Assembly: GCF_000253055.1 (NCBI RefSeq)
Contig: NC_016070.1
Coordinates: 330,001 to 362,000, forward strand
Direction of reading: 5' to 3'
DNA length: 32,000 nt
Source: Thermoproteus tenax Kra 1
Lineage (GTDB): Archaea > Thermoproteota > Thermoprotei > Thermoproteales > Thermoproteaceae
A model generated the notes under the pieces. It made no database searches and was not told the DNA's origin. It was given only the letters and a program-made list of their open reading frames with translations. The first letter of the stretch is position 1; every line of letters begins with the position of its first letter. Position numbers and translations under genes: made by a program. Shown here piece by piece: positions 16,741 through 24,803 of this stretch.

Positions 16741-17862
16741 CTAGGCAGCGGTCGGCGTAGCGTTAGGCGTCGCGGGGCTCTTGGCGTATTTGGCGAGGAT
16801 TTCGGCGGCGGACGTCAGCATGACGTCTTCGGCGGTGGCTAGGTCCTGCGCCATTTTCCTTATATCTATTTCGGCGGTCGTGGCGCCGTGTTTGTCACGG
16901 TGGATGTAGTATGTTTTGACTCCTGCGACGCGGTCCCAGAGGGCCGAGAGCAGGAGGGGGTTGTGAGCGGCGAGCACCACGTGGATAGTGGAGGCGGCCT
17001 GGGCGATGTGGTCGGCGAGCAGATCCAGGAGGAACGGGAATAAGTGCGCCTCGGGCTCCTCCAGCGCGACGACGAGGCGCCCCTCTAGGCCGTAGAGCTT
17101 GGCGTAGCTGGCGGCGGACCTCAGGGCGGCTAGGTAGTACACCAGCCGGTACAGGTCCTCGGATACGGAGGGCGACGTCACCTCGTAGTCGTAGTCGTAG
17201 ACGGCGATGGCGCCCTCCTTGGACACCTTGAGCTCTATCTTCTCGCCGAGTCTTTCGGCCAACGTCTCGTTGATCTCCCTCACGACGTCTGGTGTGTACC
17301 TGATGACTCGGCGTATGTTCCAGCCGAGGTCGCTTAGGATGTTGTGGGGGATGACCCTACCCTGGGTGGTTAGGTAGTCGTAGAAGCCGCAGTGGCCCTG
17401 TCGGCACCCCGTGGCCGACAGGCCGTATCTGTCGTATCCGTAGAGGCGGGTCTCCACGAGGATGTCCTGGAATGAGGCCAGGTCGCCCCCGGCGGTGAGA
17501 TACTTCATATCTATCTCGGCTGTCGCGTCTCCTGCCTTCACCTGTAGCCTTAGGCCCTGTCTGTAGTGGATGGAGACGGAGTATTTGGGCATCTCGATGG
17601 TTGGAGTCTTGGTTAGGTCGTAGTTCCGGAAGAGGGCTCTGGGCTCTGTAAACCTGGCGATCCACTCCAGCGGCTCCAAACTGTTCGCTCTTCCGCCATA
17701 TTCCTCATTCAGGCGCAGGAGCCTGGCGGGGTAGCCCAAGACGGCGAGGGCGTCCAGAATATTCGACTTGCCCCCCGCCGGTGGGCCTATAAGCACAGTG
17801 AGGGGGGCTATCTCCAGCTCAGCGTATGCGACGCTTTTGAAGTCTCTGATGGCCACCCGCAC
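16741..17862 (-). CDS. AAA ATPase, OLD/AAA_21-like (RecF/ABC-type P-loop)
   Basis: MRVAIRDFKSVAYAELEIAPLTVLIGPPAGGKSNILDALAVLG; LEEPEAHLFPFLLDLLADHI; HVVLAAHNPLLL. TATA-like CATATAAAAAC about 22 nt upstream. Confidence 0.8.
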   Translation of the reverse strand: MRVAIRDFKSVAYAELEIAPLTVLIGPPAGGKSNILDALAVLGYPARLLRLNEEYGGRANSLEPLEWIARFTEPRALFRNYDLTKTPTIEMPKYSVSIHYRQGLRLQVKAGDATAEIDMKYLTAGGDLASFQDILVETRLYGYDRYGLSATGCRQGHCGFYDYLTTQGRVIPHNILSDLGWNIRRVIRYTPDVVREINETLAERLGEKIELKVSKEGAIAVYDYDYEVTSPSVSEDLYRLVYYLAALRSAASYAKLYGLEGRLVVALEEPEAHLFPFLLDLLADHIAQAASTIHVVLAAHNPLLLSALWDRVAGVKTYYIHRDKHGATTAEIDIRKMAQDLATAEDVMLTSAAEILAKYAKSPATPNATPTAA

Positions 17863-17943
17863 GTTTCCCCCGCCGCCCCGGTTTTTATATGAATCTGGCG
17901 CCGTGGGGCGGCTGCCGGCCTCCGAGTCCTCTGTGTCTGGCGT

Positions 17944-18231
17944 CTAGGGGTTCCGCCCCCTTTCCTGCCTTAGGAGGCGTCTGCCCTTCCTGGTGAGGCG
18001 GTAGTAGACGTGGTGTTTCCGCACCTCGTGGCCTAGCTTGTAGCGGGCCTCGGTCCGTTTGAGGGTTTTGCCGCCTCTTGCCCGCTCGACGAGGCCCAGG
18101 GCCTCGAGCTTTTCCAGGATCTCGAGGACCCTCTGTAGGGGGATGCCCGTGTTTACCGCGATGGATTTGCCGTAGAGGTCGTCCTCAAGCCCTAGCGAGA
18201 TCCCCGGCGAGCCCCACCCCCGCCGAACCAC
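17944..18231 (-). CDS. Winged-helix transcriptional regulator-like protein
   Basis: AVNTGIPLQRVLEILEKLEALGLVERARGG...HEVRKHHVYYRLTRKGRRLLRQE (HTH plus wing). Confidence 0.65.
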   Translation of the reverse strand: MVRRGWGSPGISLGLEDDLYGKSIAVNTGIPLQRVLEILEKLEALGLVERARGGKTLKRTEARYKLGHEVRKHHVYYRLTRKGRRLLRQERGRNP

Positions 18232-18416
18232 ACTGTGGAGCAGGCGCCTAAAAAGGCGGATTCCTACGAGGCCGGGGGAAGCCCGATAGGGAGATGATGT
18301 ACCTCCACTAGGCCGACCTCTGACGAACCGCGCGCAAGCCGCCCCCGGAGGGCCCGCCGGTTCTGCTCTATCTATTCTCTAGCTTAAAAATCTTCCGCCT
18401 CTGGCGCGAGGGGTGA

Positions 18417-19826
18417 GTGCATTTAAACGTGGAAAATAGCGCATGTGTGTATGTGTTTGTTAGGAAGGTCATTATTAGAAACTTCAAGAGCATCGGGGAG
18501 CTGGAGCTTGAGCTGAGGCCTGGGGTGAACCTCCTGGTGGGCCCCAACGGGGCTGGGAAATCCAACGTCTTGGAGGCGATTAGGTTCGCCAGGAGGGCTC
18601 TGGTGGAGGCGGCCTCGCCGTATCTCCCATATGCGCCGGACTACCTCTCGCCGCTTGACGTGATCTACGGCCGGGACCCGAGGCGGGAGGTGGCGCTGGG
18701 TTTTGGCCTGGAGCTCTACGGCGAGGAGGGCGGGGAGTGGCTGTCGGCCTATGCGGAGTTCACCACCTACTTCAGGTACAGGCCGCAGCCCTACGAGACG
18801 ATTGAGCCCGTCCGCCACGTGGTAAAAATCGGCGACACCCAGGCGGAGATAGACAGAGGAGGCGTCACCATCACGGCCCCAAGGGAGCACTTCGACAGAG
18901 CGATGAAGTGGATCAAGGAACATGGGAAGCGTATACTACCTTTACCTTTCAAACTAGCCGAGCCTAAGGAGGAGGGCGACAGGACAGTCGTCTCGTATAG
19001 GTGGGACATGGAGGTGCCGCTACAGCTCGAGGGCCTTAGACACGTGCTGTGGCCGGGGCCGAGGGGGAGGGCGTCGGAGGACTTGTTGGCGTGTAGCCTA
19101 GTCGCCCGGAGGACTCTCACGCCGTTCCCGGTCGCGTTGGGGAGGGCCAAGAGGCCGAGGGGGGTCCCCGTGGATCTGTCGCCGTGGTTCTGTCTGGATG
19201 GAGTCTTAGATGCCGTGAGGGGGGTTCTCTGGAGGGTGGTCTTTCTCCGGCATGTGGAGAGGCGTGTGGAGCCTGTGCCTATCGCCGGCGGAGATGTGCT
19301 TGATGAGCGGGGGCGGAACGTGGCCGCGGTGCTGTTTAGCTACAGGGGGAGGTTTGGGAGGAATCCCGAGTCTGTCGACAGAGCTCTGGCCGCCCTCTTT
19401 CCGGGCGTCCTGCTGGAGGTTAGGCAGCTTTACAACAGCGCTCTTCTTGTCGCCAGGGAGGGGGATGTGGAGCTTCCCCCCTCCAACATCCCCGACGGCT
19501 TGCTTAAGCTGGTGGTGCTGATGCTGGCGGTGGATTTGGGCCCCTCGCTGCTCCTCGTGGACGAGGTGGAGAACAGCATGCACGCGAGGCTTCTGGAGTA
19601 CGTCGTGGACGTGTTTAACGGGCTTAACGTGCCGGTCCTCCTGGCCACGCACTCCCCCGTGGTTGTGGATCTGGTCGACCTTGAGAGGATCTACTTCCTG
19701 TCTAAAGGCCCTGGGGGGACCCGCGCGGAGGCGGTTCCTGACCCCGAGGAGCTGAGAAGGCGGCTGGGCGAGGCCGGGGTTGCGATTAGCGACTATTTCT
19801 TTTACACGAAGAGGTACGGCAGGTGA
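18417..19826 (+). CDS. AAA ATPase, RecF/SMC/ABC-type (AAA_15/AAA_21-like)
   Basis: VFVRKVIIRNFKSIGELELELRPGVNLLVGPNGAGKSNVLEAIRFARR; SLLLVDEVENSMHARLLEYVVDVF; VPVLLATHSPVVVDLVD. The true start may be GTG 18447 or 18453. Confidence 0.8.
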   Translation: MHLNVENSACVYVFVRKVIIRNFKSIGELELELRPGVNLLVGPNGAGKSNVLEAIRFARRALVEAASPYLPYAPDYLSPLDVIYGRDPRREVALGFGLELYGEEGGEWLSAYAEFTTYFRYRPQPYETIEPVRHVVKIGDTQAEIDRGGVTITAPREHFDRAMKWIKEHGKRILPLPFKLAEPKEEGDRTVVSYRWDMEVPLQLEGLRHVLWPGPRGRASEDLLACSLVARRTLTPFPVALGRAKRPRGVPVDLSPWFCLDGVLDAVRGVLWRVVFLRHVERRVEPVPIAGGDVLDERGRNVAAVLFSYRGRFGRNPESVDRALAALFPGVLLEVRQLYNSALLVAREGDVELPPSNIPDGLLKLVVLMLAVDLGPSLLLVDEVENSMHARLLEYVVDVFNGLNVPVLLATHSPVVVDLVDLERIYFLSKGPGGTRAEAVPDPEELRRRLGEAGVAISDYFFYTKRYGR

Positions 19827-20356
19827 TGGCCGCGCGCTTTCTATTCGTGGAAGACCAACACGGAGTCGAATTCCACCAAAGGCTTATAGAAAAGCTACAG
19901 AACTCTGGCATAGTACCTCACAGCTTGGCTCCTAAGATCGAGAGGATACCGACCGGCCTCTGTAATTCCTCCCTGGGGAGAAAAATTGCTGCGAGGTTAT
20001 TCGGGTTAGAGCGGTGGCGTATACTATTTGTTATAGACTCCGAGGGGGAGGAGAAGAGGGCGGCGGCCGACGCGAGAGTTCTCAGGCATCTGAGAAGCCA
20101 CGAGTCGCTCAGGGATAGGTTGGATAATGTAAGAGTTGTGGTGGTTCACCCACGTCATGAGAAGTGGCTTTGCATGGGGTTGGGCGGCAGAAGCTGTAAT
20201 TCAGATCCAGAGAGTGAGCTTGATAGAATCCTTGGGAGGGTGTATAAGAAAGACGAATTAGCTAAGCAGGCTGGCCGTCTAAATGTGGAGGGGCTAATGT
20301 CGGATGGCGACTTCAGGGAGTACATCGAGGGGCTTAGGTGGCTTTTGTCCTCTTAG
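19823..20356 (+). CDS. TOPRIM/RloB-like (DUF4276/DUF3226-like) small protein coupled to the ATPase
   Basis: ARFLFVEDQHGVEFHQRLIEKLQ (motif Glu), RILFVIDSEGEE (DxE), VVVHPRHEKWLCMGLG (ExWL). GTG/ATG start overlaps the ATPase stop. Confidence 0.6.
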   Translation: MMAARFLFVEDQHGVEFHQRLIEKLQNSGIVPHSLAPKIERIPTGLCNSSLGRKIAARLFGLERWRILFVIDSEGEEKRAAADARVLRHLRSHESLRDRLDNVRVVVVHPRHEKWLCMGLGGRSCNSDPESELDRILGRVYKKDELAKQAGRLNVEGLMSDGDFREYIEGLRWLLSS

Positions 20357-20573
20357 TAGCGCTGGTGGCGTAAGTTTCAGACTGATGCGCATTGAAGGGA
20401 GGTGCGGAGGTTGGTGCGGCATGCTGTGTGGCGGCCGCCTACCATGTGGCGAAGGCGCCGAACTAGGGTTGCGATTTCTGTCTGTATTTCTATGAGTCTC
20501 AGCTGGCCTCTGTGGGAATAGGACTCTGAATTTAGGGGGACCGGCTTCTTTTTATACAGTTTTTCTACGGGGC

Positions 20574-20861
20574 ATGTTGTTGGATAACGGGCTGAGGCTT
20601 GTGTTGGATAGGTTTGCTGCGCCTACGGCGGCTGCGGCGGTGAGGGTCGGCGTTGGATCGCTGTTTGAGGGGAGGGGCGTTCGTCAAGAGGGGGAACCTC
20701 CAGTACGTCAAAAAGAAAGCCGAGCTCTACCAGCGGACAGCCGGCAGGCCGCTGGACAGGGTGATCTTGGTGACGCCGTTTTACACGACAGGAACCCAGA
20801 CCTGGTCAGAGCAAAGGCAGAGAAGTACGGCATAGACATCGTAGCCCCCGAAGACCTCTAG
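20574..20861 (+). pseudogene. Degraded fragment with a C-terminal remnant of a PD-(D/E)XK/DUF3782-like protein
   Basis: NLQYVKKKAELYQRTAGRPLDRVILVTPFYTTGTQTW in one frame continues DLVRAKAEKYGIDIVAPEDL in another; compare IVKKRELYERARGAKVAAVYVVTPYIDDRYPERVKAMAKDLGLEVVYP of the 20988-21956 gene. Confidence 0.6.
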
Positions 20862-20987
20862 CGGCTGCAGACAAACCGCAACCCAACGACCTCAGCCGGC
20901 GAGATGACTGAGCCGTCCACCAGAGGCGCAAGCCTTCGTTGCCGCGCCGCCGGAGGTGTCCCCAAATTCCAGACCCTCTATCTGTCG

Positions 20988-21956
20988 CTACTCCTGGGGT
21001 GGGGCCGGGTAGACTACCTCCAGCCCTAGGTCTTTGGCCATTGCCTTCACCCGCTCGGGGTATCTGTCGTCTATATAGGGGGTGACCACGTAGACGGCGG
21101 CCACCTTGGCCCCCCTGGCCCTCTCGTAGAGCTCCCTCTTCTTCACTATGGTGGGCAGGTCGCTCCGCTTCAGCGAGGACATAATCTCGACGATTATCAG
21201 CCTCCCGTCTCTGACCACCACGTCGTAGTCCACCTCGGAGGGGGTGCCGTATACGTAGCCCTCTCTGTCGTAGAGGACCTCCTTGGACGCAGACCACCCG
21301 GCCTCCTTCAACATGGCCCTCATGCCCTCCCTAAAGGCCTCCTCGCTGATCACCCCCCATCTGGCCCCCAGCGCGTCCAGCTTCCTCTCCAGCTTGTTGA
21401 TGGCCCTCCACAGCTCCTCGACGTCCTTCTTAGTGGCCATCCTCTCCTCGAGAGCCCTCAGCTCCTCTCTCGTGGCCAGGGCCTTCAGATCTTCCTTCGT
21501 AGCCATCCTCTCCCCAAGCGCCCTGAGCTCCTCCTTGGTGGCGAGGCCCTTTAGATCCTCCTTTGTAGCCATAACTTTTCTCACCTCCTCCAACCGCTCT
21601 TCTAGCCTCTTGAAGTCCTCTCTCGTGACAAGAGCCTTCAGATCCTCCTTAGTGGCGAGGGCTTTGAGGTCGTCCTTAGTGGCGAACGCCTTAAGATCGT
21701 CCTTTGCGGCCATCCTGGCCTCCAGATCCTTTATCTCCTCCTTGGTGGCCATTTCTCTCCTCACCTCCTCCAGCCGCTCCTCCACCCTCTGTATCTCCTC
21801 CCTCAAAGATCTCACGTCCTCCTTTGTGGCCAAGCTCTGCCACGGCGTAAGCTTGGCGAGGGCTCGGTAGAGCACCTCGGGCCTCGCCTCCAGGGCCTCG
21901 GCGATTATCTCGGGGTGCTCGAGAAGAACCCTCCTCACCTCCTCTGCGACGCCCAC
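20988..21956 (-). CDS. DUF3782-like PD-(D/E)XK protein with repetitive coiled coil
   Basis: Repeated MATKEDLKALATREELRALEER units, then YGTPSEVDYDVVVRDGRLIIVEIMSSLKRSDLP. GTG start downstream of TTTTTTATAAGG. Confidence 0.75.
   Translation of the reverse strand: MGVAEEVRRVLLEHPEIIAEALEARPEVLYRALAKLTPWQSLATKEDVRSLREEIQRVEERLEEVRREMATKEEIKDLEARMAAKDDLKAFATKDDLKALATKEDLKALVTREDFKRLEERLEEVRKVMATKEDLKGLATKEELRALGERMATKEDLKALATREELRALEERMATKKDVEELWRAINKLERKLDALGARWGVISEEAFREGMRAMLKEAGWSASKEVLYDREGYVYGTPSEVDYDVVVRDGRLIIVEIMSSLKRSDLPTIVKKRELYERARGAKVAAVYVVTPYIDDRYPERVKAMAKDLGLEVVYPAPPQE
21417..21830 (-). repeat. In-frame degenerate coiled-coil repeats (ATKEDLKAL / ATREELRALEER)
   Basis: At least nine (A/M)(T/A)(K/R)(E/D)(D/E) units over residues about 43-180 of the 322-aa protein. 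Confidence 0.85.
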
Positions 21957-22244
21957 ACTATATCCTCCAACGCCTTATAAAAAACTGTCGCTCTCTGCTA
22001 CGGCCGCCGGGCGGCCCAACCGAGGCTGTAGTCTGGACGTGAGGGGCGAATTTACGCGGAGGCCTTTGTAGTCCAACTCTAGGAGGGGCGCTTGGGAGGG
22101 CCGGACGGTGGAGGCCGCCGAAACCTCCTAAGCCAGCTGTAGCAGTCGTTGAAGCTCCCGTGCTCAAGGGAAGGGCGACAGAGCTTATACCGACTGAGGC
22201 GGCGCGCGCCTCCACAACTTATTAATCCGCCCGTCCCTCCTCCC

Positions 22245-23432
22245 GTGTCGTTCAAACGCGTTGGGCGCGAGGGGCTTCTGCTAGCGGCGGCTGGATCTGC
22301 GGCAGGGGTCGTGTGGGGCGCAAACCAAGTGGCCCTCTCCATATATATGGCCTCGATAGGCATGAGCCCCGCCCTCATAGGCGCAGTCCTCGGCGCCTCG
22401 GCTCTGTTCAGCGCCGCCGGCTCGCTCGCAGTGGGCTATCTGGCGGACTACATGGACCGGCTCAGACTCTTCGTCCTGCTGTCCCTAGCCGAGGGGGCCT
22501 CCCTCCTCCTCATGGCGATTAGATCCCCCGTAGTGGTCTCAGCGGCGTACCTCCTCTTTATGTTCATCAACAGATACCCTGTGTGGGCCGCCGTGATGGG
22601 CGAGTTCGCCAGACGGAGGGGCGCCTCGGATGAGCTCTTCAGCATCTCCTCCGCGCTCAACGTGGCGTTCAGCGTCTTGGGCGCCGCCATAGCCTCTCTG
22701 CCCAGCTACCTCGGCCAGCTCGGCTACGACGTCCTCTTCGCTGCAGAGGCCTCCGCCGTGCTCATCTCGGCGGCTTCCGCCTACTCGGCCATCAAGAGGC
22801 TGGGGCTCGCCTCAATAGGAGCCGAGAAGGTGGGGCTGAGGGATCTGCTCCGCCTGCGCTCCTCCTGGCTTCTGAAGAGGCTTTTGCCCGACGCCTTGAT
22901 AGGGCTCGGGGCAGGCCTCATAATCCCCCTCTTCAGCCTCTGGTTCTATCTTAAGTTCCACGTAAGTCTGGCCAGTCTGAGCGTAGTCTATGCCGCCTCA
23001 AACGCGACGCTCGCCCTCGGGATCCTTGCGGCGCCCGTAGTCTCCAGAGCGTTGGGGAGCAGAGTGCTCTCAGTGACCGTGCTCCAGGGGATCGCCACCG
23101 CCATCTTGGCCGTAATGCCCGAGGTCCCCAGCCTGCCCGCGGTCCTGGCGCTGTTCGTGGTCAGGAACACTCTGATGAACATGGCGAACCCGCTCCTTAC
23201 CTCGTTGATCAACGACCTAACGCCGAAGGAGGAGAGGGGGCGCGTCTTTGGGGCGTGGAACACGCTCTCCTCAGTGCCCCGCGCTGTGGGCCCCGCCGTT
23301 GGCGGATATCTGATGGGCGCCGGCTATCTGGATCTGCCGCTCTATATAACGGCCTCCCTCTACGCAACGGCGGTGGCGTCCTTCTACGTCCTCTTGAGGG
23401 GGGTGGAGGGGTCTCTACAGGCCGGCGGATAG
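22245..23432 (+). CDS. MFS transporter
   Basis: Multiple TM helices; LAVGYLADYMDRLRLFVLLSLAEG and LINDLTPKEERGRVFGAWNTLSSVPRAVGPAVGGYL. In-frame GTG at 22245 is preferred over the ORF-track start 22149 (TATA-like TTATTAAT just upstream). Confidence 0.85.
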   Translation: MSFKRVGREGLLLAAAGSAAGVVWGANQVALSIYMASIGMSPALIGAVLGASALFSAAGSLAVGYLADYMDRLRLFVLLSLAEGASLLLMAIRSPVVVSAAYLLFMFINRYPVWAAVMGEFARRRGASDELFSISSALNVAFSVLGAAIASLPSYLGQLGYDVLFAAEASAVLISAASAYSAIKRLGLASIGAEKVGLRDLLRLRSSWLLKRLLPDALIGLGAGLIIPLFSLWFYLKFHVSLASLSVVYAASNATLALGILAAPVVSRALGSRVLSVTVLQGIATAILAVMPEVPSLPAVLALFVVRNTLMNMANPLLTSLINDLTPKEERGRVFGAWNTLSSVPRAVGPAVGGYLMGAGYLDLPLYITASLYATAVASFYVLLRGVEGSLQAGG

Positions 23433-23574
23433 CCCGCGGTGGAGCCCTGGCTATAGGCCGAGCTGGATTGAGACGACCCCGCCCTGTGGGGCAGGGCCTT
23501 CGGTTGTAAAAAAGAACTAATAGGTAGAAGCCGGCTAAAAGACGGGGCTAGAGCGCTGCGAAACGCCCCGGTGG

Positions 23575-24039
23575 TCAGCCGGAGCCCCTCTGATCGGCGA
23601 TCTTCTCCGGCCTCACCACGATGGAGTTGAATGCCGTATAGCCCTCTCTGTACTTCAGAACTCCTACGGCGCTGTTGACGAGCCTTCCCCTCGTCATGAC
23701 GACCTCCTCGGCGTGTGTGTTGATCAAGATCACCTCCTCGCCCTCAACGCGCCCTACGACGCAATTGGTAAGCTTCACCCTTCTGCCGGCGACTCTCTGG
23801 ACGGTGGCGTTTTCGAGCGCCACGTCGTTGCCCTCGACTTTCTCCAAGACTACGTTGCTCAACGAGGGGGCCCCGCCGCCTATCCCCCACGGACGCCCTC
23901 TGAACCTCCAGGGGATCCCCCTCACTTCTACAGACGCCCCCCTTCCCCCCAGCGAGAGTTTCACAAGGCCCAAGTTTATCGTGCGCGCCCTCCCCCGCCT
24001 GCTGTAGTACTCGTAGTATCTGTCGAATTTATCGGCCAT
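23575..24039 (-). CDS. Hypothetical 15-residue-repeat beta-solenoid-like protein
   Basis: NVVLEKVEGNDVALE / NATVQRVAGRRVKLT / NCVVGRVEGEEVILI / NTHAEEVVMTRGRLV / NSAVG... periodicity. Confidence 0.7.
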   Translation of the reverse strand: MADKFDRYYEYYSRRGRARTINLGLVKLSLGGRGASVEVRGIPWRFRGRPWGIGGGAPSLSNVVLEKVEGNDVALENATVQRVAGRRVKLTNCVVGRVEGEEVILINTHAEEVVMTRGRLVNSAVGVLKYREGYTAFNSIVVRPEKIADQRGSG

Positions 24040-24158
24040 TATTTGACCTTGAGCATCTCCCTTATCTCGGCGAGGAGCTGCTTCATCTCCCTCAGCCTCT
24101 CCTTGATCATGCGCATCACCTCCTCGTCGTCGGCTTCGGCGTATTTCAGCTCGCTCAT
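24039..24158 (-). CDS. 39-aa amphipathic helical small protein
   Basis: Manual translation MSELKYAEADDEEVMRMIKERLREMKQLLAEIREMLKVK*; both ends overlap neighbouring genes (ATGA at the start, TAATG at the end). Confidence 0.6.
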   Translation of the reverse strand: MSELKYAEADDEEVMRMIKERLREMKQLLAEIREMLKVK

Positions 24159-24475
24159 GCCTCGCTCACCTTCTTCAGCTCGTCCCTTATCTCCCTCAAC
24201 ACTGCGTTGACCTCGTCTAGCTCTTCGAGGAGGCTCCTCGCCAACGCCCTATATACGTCGATGCGGACCCTCCGCTCCTTGGCCTGGGCGTCCATGTAGT
24301 CCAAGATGGGCACAAAGGCCACCAACGCCATTATGGCCCCCCAGAATATGGCCAAGGCGCCGAGAACGCCTGCGACTATAAGGAATATCCAAGAGCCGGT
24401 CCTGAAGGCTATGTAGAAGAGGGACACCGGCACCACTGCGCCGATCATAAGCGCCGAGGCCAACATAACGATCAT
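24155..24475 (-). CDS. Small membrane protein with two TM helices and C-terminal coil
   Basis: MIVMLASALMIGAVVPVSLFYIAFRTGSWIFLIVAGVLGALAIFWGAIMALVAFVPILDYMDAQAKERR...LLEELDEVNAVLREIRDELKKVSEA. The N-terminal part of the ORF-track call (24811 start) overlaps the HTH gene and is rejected. Confidence 0.65.
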   Translation of the reverse strand: MIVMLASALMIGAVVPVSLFYIAFRTGSWIFLIVAGVLGALAIFWGAIMALVAFVPILDYMDAQAKERRVRIDVYRALARSLLEELDEVNAVLREIRDELKKVSEA

Positions 24476-24795
24476 TGGCCCGACGACGAGCCTGACTCCT
24501 CCGACCTCGCCAGATCCTCCAGCAGCTGTCTGTCTATCACTAGCCTGAAGTCTCTGACCCTGTATATCTTTCTGAGGTGGGGCCTCGGCCTCTCCTCCAC
24601 CACGTAGGAGCCCTCCACTAGGCCTGCCTCCTCCAACACCTTCAAATGCATGTGGGCCAGCGCGTAGGGGATGCGGAGCGACTGAGCTATGTCCTGTATA
24701 AAGGTGGGCCTCCTCACTAACAGTAGGAGGATCTTCACGCGGACGGGGTGCGAGAGGGCCCTCGCTACCCGCACCAAGTCCTCCGGCGAGACCAC
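24472..24795 (-). CDS. ArsR-like winged-HTH regulator
   Basis: VVSPEDLVRVARALSHPVRVKILLLLVRRPTFIQDIAQSLRIPYALAHMHLKVLEEAGLVEG; probable GTG start at 24795; the ORF-track N-terminus (25488 start) overlaps the permease and is rejected. Confidence 0.75.
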   Translation of the reverse strand: MVSPEDLVRVARALSHPVRVKILLLLVRRPTFIQDIAQSLRIPYALAHMHLKVLEEAGLVEGSYVVEERPRPHLRKIYRVRDFRLVIDRQLLEDLARSEESGSSSGQ

Positions 24796-24803
24796 TTTTA
24801 AAC

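Noticed and set aside
18275-18330. Possible C/D box sRNA (gatgatg ... ctga) near 18291-18318
   Set aside because: Only one weak C-like and one D-like box at short spacing, with no C'/D' pair; insufficient support.
22079-22378. Minus-strand ORFs 21958-22215 and 22079-22378
   Set aside because: Arg/Pro/Ala-rich shadow frames, one antisense to the MFS gene; no domain similarity.
23481-23497. Hairpin GCCCTG-TGGGG-CAGGGC after the MFS gene as an intrinsic terminator
   Set aside because: No T-tract follows on either strand in the needed position, and archaeal termination does not require such hairpins; reported only as noticed.
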